64,000 bases of DNA from a virus: the IMG/VR virus record IMGVR_UViG_3300033802_000252, positions 13,891 to 77,890 of that record; one strand, 5' to 3'. Shown here one piece after another: positions 21,407-32,026 of this stretch. The first letter of the stretch is position 1, and every line of letters starts with the position of its first letter. The notes under the pieces were generated by a model. The model did not search any database. It was given only the letters and a program-made list of their open reading frames with translations, and had not been told where the DNA came from. Position numbers and translations under genes: made by a program.

Positions 21407-22945
21407 TTAATCACTTGGAGATGGGGTATTATTCCCGCCAGATCCCCTTGAGAAGTCTGTGTTATCATTTTTTGAATTTTTATCTTCTGGTCTACCGCCT
21501 TTATCATTTCCGCTAGCCGTATAGCTTGTTTGATGCACAGGTAATCTTTCATTGAGTCTTAGTACTTCATTTTCAAATATAACTTGTTGTAACCAATGAT
21601 CGAAACTGTAACCAGCAGCTTCAACCATATGTTTTAAACTACCTCTGCCTTTGGTGTATAGAGATTCTGCTTGTTTAAATGAAGTTTCTCTATCAAGAAT
21701 GGTAGACCTACCTAACCAAATTCTTGCTTTAACTATTTCTCCCGTAATTAAATCTAAATACTCGTTTAAAGCATCTTCGATATCTTCAAGCACTGAAAAA
21801 ATAATAGAATATATTTTCTCAACATTTATTGTACTCGAACCATAACTTTGACCATTTCCTCCACCCATATTAAGACTCATTGAATAGCCTAACTTTTTAT
21901 AAATGTCTCTTTCGATTCTTTCCCAAACTTCCTTTGGAAAAGTATTCATATTTACCTTTAATTCCTCTATGGTAATAATGGATGGAATGGACAATACACC
22001 AGTAGATGTATTATCAGTAGCATTTCCTTCATGCTTTTTCTGAACCAAGTTTTTAAGGTTCCTATGGTAAGTATCTGCCTGTTCTTTAGGCACTGGCAAT
22101 TGAGATTTTCCATCCTGAGAGGGCATCGTCCCAATTTTTTGTATTAAAATCTGATTAATGACTCGCTCTGCAAGAGATTTTTCACTTTTCTCGAGTAAAT
22201 CTCTATGAATAATACTTGCTAAAGCAGGAATGCAATATGGAAAACCAAAAGGTTCGTTCCTTGCCCCCCTAATCTTAAAAACTTGAGTTTTGTTGATGTC
22301 TAATTTTACATATTGTTTTGTTTTATCCTTTTTATAAGCATTATATGCTGCCATTGTAACTTCGTCAGGTGCAGCGTTTATTTGCTGTTTGAGTTCTTCA
22401 CCCTTAAATTGATCGAGATATTGAAGGTTATACAACACTTCCCATTTTCCATTTCTCATGGTTTGGATGTCAATCTGATCATATTCAAGAAACTGTATAT
22501 ATTTATTTCCTCTGTTGTACCAGACGCAAAATCCTTCTTGCATAACAGAAAATATAGTGTCTCTAGCTAGTTTTTTAACTTTTATATTATTAATAAACGT
22601 ATCTACTTTTTTCTTAATGTTTTTATACGAACGATGTTCCATGTTGTTATAAAAGGTTGAGGGAGAAATGATTGGAAGTGACTTAAATATATCTAACACA
22701 TCGGTTACTATACCATCTTTAACATAATAATATTTACTTAATTGAATTAATTGCTTTCTAAATTTGTTGGGGTTTCGAAGCCAAATATAAAGATCTTTCA
22801 AGTCTACATCTGTCATCCTTACACCACCATTTGCTTGACTAAGCAAATCGTGGAATGCTGCAAGTTCATAAAATGAATGATCAAGAAACGATGGTTGTTC
22901 TACATTAGTGTCATTAATAGGAATAGTGGATATAGCTATCACCAC
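21407..22945 (-). CDS. Portal protein (YonE-like)
   Basis: 512 aa directly after terminase; GGRP C-terminal motif. Confidence 0.75.
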   Translation of the reverse strand: MVIAISTIPINDTNVEQPSFLDHSFYELAAFHDLLSQANGGVRMTDVDLKDLYIWLRNPNKFRKQLIQLSKYYYVKDGIVTDVLDIFKSLPIISPSTFYNNMEHRSYKNIKKKVDTFINNIKVKKLARDTIFSVMQEGFCVWYNRGNKYIQFLEYDQIDIQTMRNGKWEVLYNLQYLDQFKGEELKQQINAAPDEVTMAAYNAYKKDKTKQYVKLDINKTQVFKIRGARNEPFGFPYCIPALASIIHRDLLEKSEKSLAERVINQILIQKIGTMPSQDGKSQLPVPKEQADTYHRNLKNLVQKKHEGNATDNTSTGVLSIPSIITIEELKVNMNTFPKEVWERIERDIYKKLGYSMSLNMGGGNGQSYGSSTINVEKIYSIIFSVLEDIEDALNEYLDLITGEIVKARIWLGRSTILDRETSFKQAESLYTKGRGSLKHMVEAAGYSFDHWLQQVIFENEVLRLNERLPVHQTSYTASGNDKGGRPEDKNSKNDNTDFSRGSGGNNTPSPSD

Positions 22946-22957
22946 CTTACTTTTAAT

Positions 22958-24721
22958 TTAATTGTAAATAAAGAAATGATAATCGTCAGTTGAAGTACTT
23001 TTCATTAAGTCACGCTCTAATTGATTGGCAATATAGTTTCCATATGTAACAGAACTATATCGGTCTTTCCTTTTATTGTGGGGTTCTTTTAATTTAACCA
23101 AGTTAGATTCAGTAATCTCACCTTCTAAGTTAATCATTTCATTAACAAGCAAAGTAGTTTGGATATAAACTGATTCAAATTTTACTTGAAGCTCTATATC
23201 TAAACTAGAATAACCCTTTAATTTTTTAAGATACTCACGACCCTCAAGCTCACTTACCAGTAAACGAATCTTACCTCTTTTTAATGCATCTCTCATTAAT
23301 ACTGCACATTCGCTATTTAATTGAGGATTGCCTTTTATACTATAAATTACTTTGGGAGCGTCTGAATACATGCACCTTTCTTGCATTTTCTCGTCGTTAA
23401 TACAATTCCAGGGTTCATATTCTTTATTATTCTCACGGTCATGCAGGGGTTGAATAAGTTGATCATAAATACCCAATCCTAAATTTTGAGTATCCAATAC
23501 TAGATAATCACAATCAAATTCATCGAACAATTGCCGAATTCTAATAGCTTGCATTACAGTATGACCGCCATCCATACTCTCCATATAAGAGACGTATCTA
23601 TCGAATCCCCTTGTCGTTGGAATAAGTCTTAATACTGAATATACACTAGCGTCGTTTTGTTTACCCGCCATTCCAGCAATATCACAGCATAACAATCTTA
23701 TTTCTCCTGCTTTTTTGTGCTCTGGTTTAAAATTTGAATCTTTGATTAAACTATAATAATCCTTTGGATATAGAGGTACGACAATCTTTCTATTTTTATC
23801 AAGATCCTCAAATTTAAAAAAGGCTTTTTCAGATTCTCCGAAAAAAAGACACTCCATCTCCATTGACCAAGCAGTTTCATCAAAATCCTCTTCGGACATT
23901 TCATCTAATACTTGCTCTCTCATTAGTAAGCCTTCTTTAATAGCCAATTGATAAGGCAAACCACACACAAAATATTTTTTCCCTTCAGTCATAGATTTAA
24001 AGTACGTGAGCAATTTGTTCCATGACCAATGTATTTTGTACCAAGCAGAAGATAGATAGATTTCCTTATTTCTCTCTTGTAAATGAGCGTATTCAGGCTT
24101 CTCTAAATATTTTGGTTGTCTTGGAGCTGTTAAAAATTTACGCAAAACTTTGGTAATAATATTAATATCTACCATTCGGAATTCATCTACAATAAGTAGA
24201 TTAGCACGTTTAGATCTTGCATTATCATTAGAGGCAACAACTTTTATCCAGCTTCCATTGTGAAATTCAACTCTTGCATCGTTAACAGATGTGTTTAAAT
24301 CAAATATTTCTCTAGCTAAATTTGGTGAGTTTTTTCGCAAATCATCAATCTTTTCAATTACTTCACGAGCCTGATTTTTTGTTCCAGAAGCGATAACTAT
24401 TTTCGTTTCGGGATATAAAATAGCTCTTACACAACAATAAATTGCAGTCAAAAAAGTTTTCCCCTGCCCCCTACTTGCAAGGTACATAAAATAATAAAAA
24501 TGATTCATATAAAAAATTAAGATTTGTTGAAAGAGTTTTAGGTTTATCCCTAAATAATCTTTAACAAATCTATGGGGATTTGCTCTATAAAAACTAGCCC
24601 AAACAGCTATACCTTCCATTAATCTATCTGATTTATTATTCTTTGCAAAATTTCTATTTCTTTTAAAAATATTAATACCCTTGCTATATTTATTTCTGTC
24701 AACTTGAAATTTCCTCTCCAT
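22958..24721 (-). CDS. Terminase large subunit (YonF-like)
   Basis: Walker A ASRGQGKT, Walker B LLIVDE, nuclease CDIA...NDAS...KDRYSS. Confidence 0.92.
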   Translation of the reverse strand: MERKFQVDRNKYSKGINIFKRNRNFAKNNKSDRLMEGIAVWASFYRANPHRFVKDYLGINLKLFQQILIFYMNHFYYFMYLASRGQGKTFLTAIYCCVRAILYPETKIVIASGTKNQAREVIEKIDDLRKNSPNLAREIFDLNTSVNDARVEFHNGSWIKVVASNDNARSKRANLLIVDEFRMVDINIITKVLRKFLTAPRQPKYLEKPEYAHLQERNKEIYLSSAWYKIHWSWNKLLTYFKSMTEGKKYFVCGLPYQLAIKEGLLMREQVLDEMSEEDFDETAWSMEMECLFFGESEKAFFKFEDLDKNRKIVVPLYPKDYYSLIKDSNFKPEHKKAGEIRLLCCDIAGMAGKQNDASVYSVLRLIPTTRGFDRYVSYMESMDGGHTVMQAIRIRQLFDEFDCDYLVLDTQNLGLGIYDQLIQPLHDRENNKEYEPWNCINDEKMQERCMYSDAPKVIYSIKGNPQLNSECAVLMRDALKRGKIRLLVSELEGREYLKKLKGYSSLDIELQVKFESVYIQTTLLVNEMINLEGEITESNLVKLKEPHNKRKDRYSSVTYGNYIANQLERDLMKSTSTDDYHFFIYN

Positions 24722-25611
24722 TAATCATCACTCTCCTCATATTGAGGAGGTTTAATTGTATACTTTTCTAATTCAGCTTCATATGCTTCTGTATGCACAC
24801 CCTTACTACCGACTAATTTAGATAAATGTCCAAAGAACCATGTATGCATATATTTGCCAATACCATCGACATCTTTCCAAGCTTCATCTGGTTCGGGTAT
24901 TGGTCTTTCCATTTCCCACTTCTTTATCAAGGTTCCAAAAGTGGATTGTTCGGCTGCATTGGCTCCCGTCTCTTGTACCGGTTTAATGTTTGCTGACCCC
25001 AATAAATCCTGTAGTGTCTTTAATTCTTTATCAACCGATTCATTTTTTAATCTTTTTTTATTTATTGCTAAACGAAGATGTGCAACTTCTTGAAAAAGCA
25101 TTTCCATAGCATAAGTATCGCACTCATAAGAGTTTAATAATTTTTCATATTCATTCTGCAAAAAAAGTAAATCCTCGGTTGAGTAACCTCTGCCCCAAAA
25201 AGCAGTTAATTCTGCGAGATCTGCGGAATGCACCTCTTGAACAAAATCATCGGTTATATTATTTAAACGTTCTATTTGCTCGTCATATTTTAAAAAATCG
25301 CTATCTTTATAAGTTAACGAACTATATTGTGTTAATGAAGAAACGGTGCGTATATATCTATTCCAATCCACATCCATTTCAATCCACAAATCTTTAAGTA
25401 GCGGTCTATTCATTATTGCCAACATCATTTTAACTCGTTCTAAATATCCTTCAGAATTTTTCTCACCTATAAATGAATTTATACAAGGTTTACATATACT
25501 CAATTTATCAGAAGCGAATAACGGATTTGCATTAACATAAAAATTTGACGCGGCTTTTAACGAACGACACTTTAAACATTCAATTCTTTCTTTTGAGCTT
25601 TTCATTTTCAT
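24721..25611 (-). CDS. YonG-like Zn-finger protein, probable terminase small subunit
   Basis: CxxC...CxxC N-terminus, overlaps terL start. Confidence 0.6.
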   Translation of the reverse strand: MKMKSSKERIECLKCRSLKAASNFYVNANPLFASDKLSICKPCINSFIGEKNSEGYLERVKMMLAIMNRPLLKDLWIEMDVDWNRYIRTVSSLTQYSSLTYKDSDFLKYDEQIERLNNITDDFVQEVHSADLAELTAFWGRGYSTEDLLFLQNEYEKLLNSYECDTYAMEMLFQEVAHLRLAINKKRLKNESVDKELKTLQDLLGSANIKPVQETGANAAEQSTFGTLIKKWEMERPIPEPDEAWKDVDGIGKYMHTWFFGHLSKLVGSKGVHTEAYEAELEKYTIKPPQYEESDD

Positions 25612-25789
25612 ACACCTGCCCTTTTCCCTTATAAAAAAATGGTGCAGAAAAGCGCAGGGAGTGGACGCTTATACTGGTTTACCCAGTTCTGCACCATAAA
25701 AAATATACAAAAGAAAACGGACAAGTCATACTATTTACAACAGTAAACTCATCCGCTTGAGTTTTGTATACTTATAATTCATTTGCATC

Positions 25790-26086
25790 TTAATCATCAG
25801 AATTTAAATAATTCAATGCTTCTATTTTAGCATGGATTTCTTCAAGTAGTACTTGTTGTATTCCATACTTTACGCCTTCCATAAATAAATCATTAGCAAT
25901 CTCTTTAATCTCAACAACACTTTCGGCTCCCAATAACTCTTCATAGTAAAAGTCAACAATCTCATCAGGATCATCATCAATTTCAATATCATAATTTATT
26001 TCATGAATGTGATCGTTTGAAATATACCTTGATTTTTTCTTATTGTTTTCAAATAAGTGATCATAATAACCAGCCATCATAAACAC
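25790..26086 (-). CDS. Hypothetical acidic protein
   Basis: ORF with AGGAG RBS. Confidence 0.55.
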   Translation of the reverse strand: MFMMAGYYDHLFENNKKKSRYISNDHIHEINYDIEIDDDPDEIVDFYYEELLGAESVVEIKEIANDLFMEGVKYGIQQVLLEEIHAKIEALNYLNSDD

Positions 26087-26143
26087 TCCTTTGTCTAGAA
26101 TAGACAGAGGACTTGTATTTACAATTCATGTCTATTATTAAAC

Positions 26144-26315
26144 TTGACACTCCCCATGCCTAAAGGCAGGGGATTCTTGGGAATTCCCGTCCATCGACAG
26201 GATATTGACCAAGCTATCCCTGTGTGTCCCACAGTTCAATTTATTAAACAGCCATTTTCAATTTTGTCGCCTTATATCCCCATAGCTAAAGCTAGGGGTT
26301 TTACGGCGATTAAAC
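26144..26315 (-). mobile_element. Non-autonomous IS200/IS605 mini-element (left end plus omega-RNA-like right end)
   Basis: Left hairpin tcgccgtaaaacccctagctttagctatgggga; right end aagaatcccctgcctttaggcatggggagtgTCAA; no tnpA/tnpB. Confidence 0.8.
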
Positions 26316-27512
26316 ATAATGAATACTTTCTAGCTCATTTTCATTGTATTCAAATAGCATAAACCTTTTATGACTACCTACATAACCGTTGTTTTTGTGC
26401 CAATCATCTGTTTTATTCCTGGTTGCTAATGTTCTTATGACAGTACCAAACCAATCTTTAGCATCTTCTGTATGTAAATGTCCAATGTGTATCTCTCTAT
26501 TTGTTGCTTTAGCCCATTCCATTGGAAACTCCGCAGGGAAAATATTGTGGAGGTTTTTTCTCCCCTTGTCTCCATGAGTAATACCAATAAAATTGCGACC
26601 AAAAACATGAATTTTTCGTTCCTCGAAAGAATCATCTACTTCAACTTGAGGATAACGAGCCGAAAGAAATTTCACAAAAGACCAAGAGATTGTTTCATCG
26701 TGATTGCCTTTGGAATATATAATTTTTACTTTGTTAGACGATTTTAACGCTACTTCAATTAATGGTTCGTAAAAAGATCTGCAATCCTCCCACGCCTTAT
26801 GCATATCTACAACCTGTATTTGAGTGCCATTAGCTGTTCTTCCTCTGTGGTCATTATTATGAAACATATCCTGTCCAACGACAAAAAGAATTTCATCCCA
26901 ATGATTTTTTATTATTTTGTTGTAAATTCTATTTTGTGTTGGTTTGTAATACTCATAATCAGACACACCAAAATGAGAATCAAATATTGGGATCTCAAGC
27001 AATTTCTTATTTGAAGCTTCAATATAAGAAGCTTGAAAATAAATAGGTTGCACATTATTAATTGCTTCTATTATTCGATTAACCCCTGAATTTTTAATCG
27101 GTTTTATAGTTATTTTGCTTGCATACATCGGAAACTGACCATCTTGTTTTGAGTAACCAGTCCATTCTGATACTTTTGCGTTTATTAATTCCCATTCATC
27201 AGGATCATATCCATGTGCTTCTAACAAATATCTTGGATTCTTTTTTTGTTCGGCACTCAATTGAATTAATCTTGAATATGTATGACTTCCATCTCCGTGA
27301 TATTCAATCGTTTCTTTAAAATCATCTGGTTTGGCTTTTGGTGATTTACTGTGTTTTGTCTTTTTTGTGACTTGATTTTTAACCCAACTTCTCAAAACTT
27401 CTCCGTCGTTAAAATATTCGCCACCATATTTCTCCGCGATTTCCTGCCAAGTTAAATCAATTTCTTTATTTCTCTTTTTCAAACCTATTTCCAAAAGTCG
27501 CTCTCTGTTCAA
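26310..27512 (-). CDS. Metallophosphoesterase-fold protein (YonJ-like)
   Basis: DSHFG, GQDMFH, GNHD, THGD, GHLH motifs. Confidence 0.8.
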   Translation of the reverse strand: MNRERLLEIGLKKRNKEIDLTWQEIAEKYGGEYFNDGEVLRSWVKNQVTKKTKHSKSPKAKPDDFKETIEYHGDGSHTYSRLIQLSAEQKKNPRYLLEAHGYDPDEWELINAKVSEWTGYSKQDGQFPMYASKITIKPIKNSGVNRIIEAINNVQPIYFQASYIEASNKKLLEIPIFDSHFGVSDYEYYKPTQNRIYNKIIKNHWDEILFVVGQDMFHNNDHRGRTANGTQIQVVDMHKAWEDCRSFYEPLIEVALKSSNKVKIIYSKGNHDETISWSFVKFLSARYPQVEVDDSFEERKIHVFGRNFIGITHGDKGRKNLHNIFPAEFPMEWAKATNREIHIGHLHTEDAKDWFGTVIRTLATRNKTDDWHKNNGYVGSHKRFMLFEYNENELESIHYV

Positions 27513-27523
27513 ACAACCACCCC

Positions 27524-27724
27524 TTATTCGAAAGGCTGCTCAACAGAAGGAATTGAATCTTCTTCCTTGATCGTAATTGAAATAGTTTTTTGATCAAACT
27601 CAGCCAAAATATCTTTCAAAGAATAATAAAACCATTCCTCTGTTTTCTTGTCTTGTTCTGCAATTACTTGTTGATCATGATAGTAATCTCCTTTTAATTG
27701 ATATGAATGTGTCTTCTTAGCCAC
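27524..27724 (-). CDS. YonK-like protein
   Basis: Size, synteny, YSLKDILAEFDQKTISITIKEE motif. Confidence 0.65.
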   Translation of the reverse strand: MAKKTHSYQLKGDYYHDQQVIAEQDKKTEEWFYYSLKDILAEFDQKTISITIKEEDSIPSVEQPFE

Positions 27725-27752
27725 CTCAACACTCCCTTTTTAAACACCTATA

Positions 27753-28427
27753 TTACCAAGATAATGAATCTGCGTGATTTGCTAACTCTCCACGGAAATT
27801 TATTGTCAGTGTACAAACCTTAACGTAGGGTTCAGATTTAAAATGTTCAATATAAGGTACAAAACCACTTTTACTTGGATCTGATAAGTCATTTTGACCA
27901 TCATGCCCAATCATAATAACTTTACAATCATCATGAATTCGAGTTAGAACTTTTTTAAGTTCTCCCCTAGTAAAATTTTGGGCTTCGTCAATAATAATAG
28001 TTTTATCTTTCAAATTAATACCTCTTGCAAAAACATGAGACATAGGATAAACCCAAGCTGTTCCATTTTTCAAAAGGTCAGGTCTTTCAGGATTAGCAAT
28101 GACTCGATCTGGTTCCTCATCGATTTCTAATAAAGCATCCTTCAGAGGGGTTATATAAGCCTCTTCTTTTTCTCGCTGATCACCAGGGCGATAACCCATA
28201 GTTTTTTCTTGTACAGGAGAAAAAATATAACACAATGATTTACCAAGTAATTTAGCTGCTGCTACAGCCAAAAATGTTTTTCCTGAGCCAGCTTTCCCAT
28301 TTACAATAATCAATCTATATTTATCATCGAGGATAGCATCAACAAATTCTCTTTGTTCATTTGAAAGTTTGTCTCTGTATCCAAAGAACAAACTATCTTT
28401 AGGTAATGGCATATGTGTCTCCTCCAA
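27753..28427 (-). CDS. phoH: PhoH-family ATPase
   Basis: GKAGSGKT, RGINL, IIDEAQN, LTRI motifs. Confidence 0.9.
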   Translation of the reverse strand: MEETHMPLPKDSLFFGYRDKLSNEQREFVDAILDDKYRLIIVNGKAGSGKTFLAVAAAKLLGKSLCYIFSPVQEKTMGYRPGDQREKEEAYITPLKDALLEIDEEPDRVIANPERPDLLKNGTAWVYPMSHVFARGINLKDKTIIIDEAQNFTRGELKKVLTRIHDDCKVIMIGHDGQNDLSDPSKSGFVPYIEHFKSEPYVKVCTLTINFRGELANHADSLSW

Positions 28428-28444
28428 TGTTTGTATATTTATTC

Positions 28445-28488
28445 ATTGACGCTATGTAACAGGGGGATTATAGTTACATAGCGTCAAT
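28445..28488 (-). terminator. Long perfect hairpin after HU gene
   Basis: attgacgctatgtaac...gttacatagcgtcaat. Confidence 0.5.
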
Positions 28489-28510
28489 AGGAGGGGAAAG
28501 GAAACTCTAT

Positions 28511-28792
28511 TTAATTATTAGTTTTAACAATTTCTTTAAATCTTGAACCTGCACTAAAAGTAGGAGTTACTGTAGCAGGAATATGAATATCCTCGCCTGT
28601 TTGTGGATTTCGACCAGTTCTAGCAGCTCGTTTGCGAGTTTCGAATGTACCAAAACCAACTAATTGAACAGAATCTCCATTCTTCAAAGTCTCCATTACC
28701 GTTTCTACAAAAGCATTCACAAATACCTCAGTATCCTTCTTGGTTGCACTTGTGCGTTCTGCAATTGCAGAGATCAATTCAGCCTTATTCAT
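28511..28792 (-). CDS. hup: HU DNA-binding protein (YonN-like)
   Basis: MNKAELI...GFGTFETRKRAARTGRNPQTG signature. Confidence 0.93.
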   Translation of the reverse strand: MNKAELISAIAERTSATKKDTEVFVNAFVETVMETLKNGDSVQLVGFGTFETRKRAARTGRNPQTGEDIHIPATVTPTFSAGSRFKEIVKTNN

Positions 28793-28920
28793 AATATTAT
28801 CTACTCCCTTATAAAGTATTTTTTTTATATATCTGTTAATTATCGAAGGAGAAAATATATACCCCCTCATAAATATATACCGTCAGAAACCACTTATTCC
28901 GTCAATTTCCTAACAATTTA

Positions 28921-30504
28921 TTATTTATTACATTTTTTGCAGTATGGAAAGAACCCATCCTTGCGGCTTCTATCTAGCGAAAAATAGCGTTCTGACGCTA
29001 ATTTTACCTGCTTGCACTTACTACAAGTCTTGTATGTACCTTTTACTTTGAAAGTGAATATCCAGTCCTCTCTTTCTTGAATATATGTATCCACTATCAT
29101 TTTTGGAATGATATTATTATAAATTTCTGATACTCTTTTTTCAGTTAAATCAATCTCATATTCTCTTGATATATACTCAACTATCTCAGATGCAGGACAT
29201 CCATCAATTTTCATAATTAAAATGTCTTTTATGTATTTTTCGAATTCTGTTTTATCAATTAAGTTTTCTAAATCAGTTAATATAGCCCACATATCACTAT
29301 TGGGTTTGTCATAATATGCTTGTTTTAATAGGGCATAATGATTTAATAATTCTAAAACATGTTTTTCCTTTGATAAGTCTAGTTTATTTTCAGATACTTC
29401 TACATAATCACCATGTTCATCAAAATATCCTGTATCTGAATCATAATTAAAAACAGTAGAGTCTTTCATTATCTTTTTAAAACGTATTGTGCCGGACAAC
29501 AGGTCTTTCATCAAAATACTTTCTGTATTAAGATCTCTAAGCATCTTTTTCATTAACGATAGTTGCTTAGAATCATATTTATTAGCAATCTGTATTTGTT
29601 TCTCCTCTTTGGATGTTGAATCTAGATTCACTCCAAGGGTATCTTTAAGATATTGAATTTTCTCTACTACCTCAGCAATCTCAGGATACTTCTTTAAATC
29701 CTCTTCTTTAAGATTATTTTGTTTTGTTTTACCTTTTGTCCTAGATGCCATTAAATCGACTTCTATTTCTTTCTTATCCCCAAATAATTTTTCATTTCCA
29801 CGCCTATAATCCATATTGGCACTTGATTTTTTCTTTCTTATCGTGTGTTGATCACTAATATTTAATTCTTTTTCTTTCTGGTCGTAATATTTGGGAAATG
29901 TTAAATAATCTACAATGTAACTTAATCCAATAAGCGAAAGGTCGTTTTCAGTTAAGAAATCATTTTTGTTTTTGACTTGTTTCTTGCAAAATAGAGGTGA
30001 ACTCGTATAGTTTATTAACCATTTCATTTTTTCATCGTCTAGCAATTTATTTACGTGATTTAAACGATCTTTGGCGTACTCCAAATTATAATCCAATTGC
30101 TTCACAATACCATACAAAAACGATTGGATATCACCATCAACACCCCATGACTTCTCTTTTCGCCACTGCTCCCTTTCTTTCTCCCAAGGTCTTTTATAAA
30201 CCTCTAAATTGTATCCATATGGAAGTTCATTACTTCTGTAATAAGTGATCCAATACTCTTTTCTTTGAGGTAGCGATTCAAAATCATCAACTAGTTCTAA
30301 TACATCAAACTCAAACACTCGTTCCCTATCTTCAAGATTGTATGTCAACCAAGCGTTCTGTAATCGCTTGTTATTATGTTGATTGGCGTTTAATTTCTTA
30401 ACCAGAGTTTCTTTGTATGTATATATGTTTTTTGTAGTACTGATAAATCTTTGATTCGTCTCCAAATTTGTAATGCAATACACACCATGTTGTTGAACAA
30501 ACAT
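28921..30504 (-). CDS. Degenerate GIY-YIG domain + sigma-4/HTH-like + C-terminal Zn-finger protein
   Basis: GVYCITNLETNQRFIS..HNNKRLQNAW; ILIMKIDGCPASEIVEYI HTH-like; CSKC...CKKC. Confidence 0.6.
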   Translation of the reverse strand: MFVQQHGVYCITNLETNQRFISTTKNIYTYKETLVKKLNANQHNNKRLQNAWLTYNLEDRERVFEFDVLELVDDFESLPQRKEYWITYYRSNELPYGYNLEVYKRPWEKEREQWRKEKSWGVDGDIQSFLYGIVKQLDYNLEYAKDRLNHVNKLLDDEKMKWLINYTSSPLFCKKQVKNKNDFLTENDLSLIGLSYIVDYLTFPKYYDQKEKELNISDQHTIRKKKSSANMDYRRGNEKLFGDKKEIEVDLMASRTKGKTKQNNLKEEDLKKYPEIAEVVEKIQYLKDTLGVNLDSTSKEEKQIQIANKYDSKQLSLMKKMLRDLNTESILMKDLLSGTIRFKKIMKDSTVFNYDSDTGYFDEHGDYVEVSENKLDLSKEKHVLELLNHYALLKQAYYDKPNSDMWAILTDLENLIDKTEFEKYIKDILIMKIDGCPASEIVEYISREYEIDLTEKRVSEIYNNIIPKMIVDTYIQEREDWIFTFKVKGTYKTCSKCKQVKLASERYFSLDRSRKDGFFPYCKKCNK

Positions 30505-30564
30505 CTCTCTCTTATCACCCCCTTATTTATCTCTCTAAGTTTGAGCATTCTTCAATGCTCTACT

Positions 30565-30624
30565 TTGACACTCCCACAATTCATCCCCATACCTAAAGGC
30601 AGGGGCTTTCTTGTGGTGGTTGTG
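30565..30624 (-). mobile_element. 60-bp collapsed IS200/IS605 mini-element
   Basis: TTAC|cacaaccaccacaagaaagcccctgcctttaggtatggggatgaattgtgg-gagtgTCAA; same left end as 57062 element. Confidence 0.75.
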
Positions 30625-30632
30625 GTAATTTA

Positions 30633-30661
30633 ATTATAATACAGATAATATAAATAATCAA
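30633..30661 (-). promoter_or_regulatory. SigA-type promoter for the leftward operon
   Basis: TTGATT-17-TATAAT on minus strand. Confidence 0.55.
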
Positions 30662-30681
30662 TAAATTTATATTTCACTCCA

Positions 30682-30710
30682 TTGACGATTTGGCTTGTTT
30701 TTCTTATAAT
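30682..30710 (+). promoter_or_regulatory. SigA-type promoter of tyrosine recombinase
   Basis: TTGACG-17-TATAAT. Confidence 0.65.
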
Positions 30711-30741
30711 TTGGGTAAAATAAACGAAAAGGAGGTTTATC

Positions 30742-31833
30742 ATGAACGTTGTGCAATTACCTGTTCTTTATACAACACACTCAAAAGACCAAGACTATGT
30801 TTATGAACATATAATGCGTTTTCTAAAAGGAAAGGCTAGAAGTAGTGAAAATACCGCAAAAAAATTTAAGCGAGACATTGAAATGTTCTTTAAAGTAGTT
30901 AGAGGTAAAGAACTTCATGAATTAACCAAAAATGACTTGAAAGTAACAAATAGCGAAGTAGTAGATTATCAAGAATATTTGTCTAAAAACTATAAGAACT
31001 CAATAGTAAATAATGCTTTTACAGCAGTAAGAAGCTTATACAAATATCTAAAGCGCAATGATTTTGATGTTAATCCAGATGCAGTCATTGTAGACCGTTT
31101 ACCTGATGACACACTGTCTACAGGGTATTTGCATCATGACGAGGTTATGAAATTGGCAGAGCTTGCTCTTGAAGAAAAACACGATCCCATCATGAAAAAG
31201 GCGATTATTGAAGTTGCCTATGGGACGAGTCTGAGAATTAATGCCTTGTTGAAAATCAGATATAGAGATCTACGAGGAGACGAAATTGATCCAAACAAAT
31301 ATTGGATTGAACCTAGAGACGTAGACGAAGAAGGTCATATAACCAAAGATAAAAGCAAGATGATTAAAAAAGTCATACATGCTGAAGCTATTGAACCTAT
31401 GCTGCGCTTGAAAAAGGCATATGGTTATTCTGATGATGATTATGTCTTCCAGATTAGCCCAAGAGCATTAAATGACATGATCAAGCGTTTAGTTAAAAAA
31501 GCAGGATTAGATCCTAAAAGGGGGATCACTTTTCACAGTTTAAGAAAAGCTGGAGCCATGTCAGCGAGTAAATTATCCAACGGGAATCCTTTTGTTGTAT
31601 CTAAGCAGGGTAATTGGGAAAATCTCGAAACTGTGAATAGACATTATATTCAAAGCCAAGAAAACATAATGGGTATGGCTGCTTTTGAAAACTTTGAAGA
31701 GGATATTTATGAACAATTGACCAAGGAACAATTGATTGAGTTGCTGAATAGTTTAAACGGAGATATCTTGGAGATTAAGCTTAAACGAGAAGCAAGAAAA
31801 ATGATTGCAGAGAGCAGGAAAAGAGAATGTTAA
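30742..31833 (+). CDS. Tyrosine recombinase
   Basis: SLRINAL, KDK, FHSLRKAG, GNW, RHY catalytic set; strong RBS. Confidence 0.88.
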   Translation: MNVVQLPVLYTTHSKDQDYVYEHIMRFLKGKARSSENTAKKFKRDIEMFFKVVRGKELHELTKNDLKVTNSEVVDYQEYLSKNYKNSIVNNAFTAVRSLYKYLKRNDFDVNPDAVIVDRLPDDTLSTGYLHHDEVMKLAELALEEKHDPIMKKAIIEVAYGTSLRINALLKIRYRDLRGDEIDPNKYWIEPRDVDEEGHITKDKSKMIKKVIHAEAIEPMLRLKKAYGYSDDDYVFQISPRALNDMIKRLVKKAGLDPKRGITFHSLRKAGAMSASKLSNGNPFVVSKQGNWENLETVNRHYIQSQENIMGMAAFENFEEDIYEQLTKEQLIELLNSLNGDILEIKLKREARKMIAESRKREC

Positions 31834-31919
31834 AAACTGGTGGAATTTCCATCAGTCAATTTTTTTTGCGTTTTTTAAAGTGTGTATTTTCTGATCAAAT
31901 TTGATCAATTTCCTGCAAG

Positions 31920-31970
31920 TATATAATATATATATATAATATATATATAAAAATATATATATAAAATATA
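31920..31970. repeat. Pure A/T (TA)n tract
   Basis: tatataatatatatatataatatatatataaaaatatatatataaaatata. Confidence 0.7.
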
Positions 31971-32026
31971 AAGCAAACTCGTGTATGCACCTTTAATTTT
32001 TCGCATAATGGAGGGGAAAATTAGCA

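Noticed and set aside
26144-26362. ORF 26144..26362 (also 30451..30633, 59404..59754 and the 45624 N-terminal extension)
   Set aside because: Translations of IS605 end hairpins (PKGRGF / AKARGFTA); no RBS.
2125-29000. Many plus-strand ORFs overlapping structural genes
   Set aside because: Antisense shadows of long minus-strand genes, without RBS.
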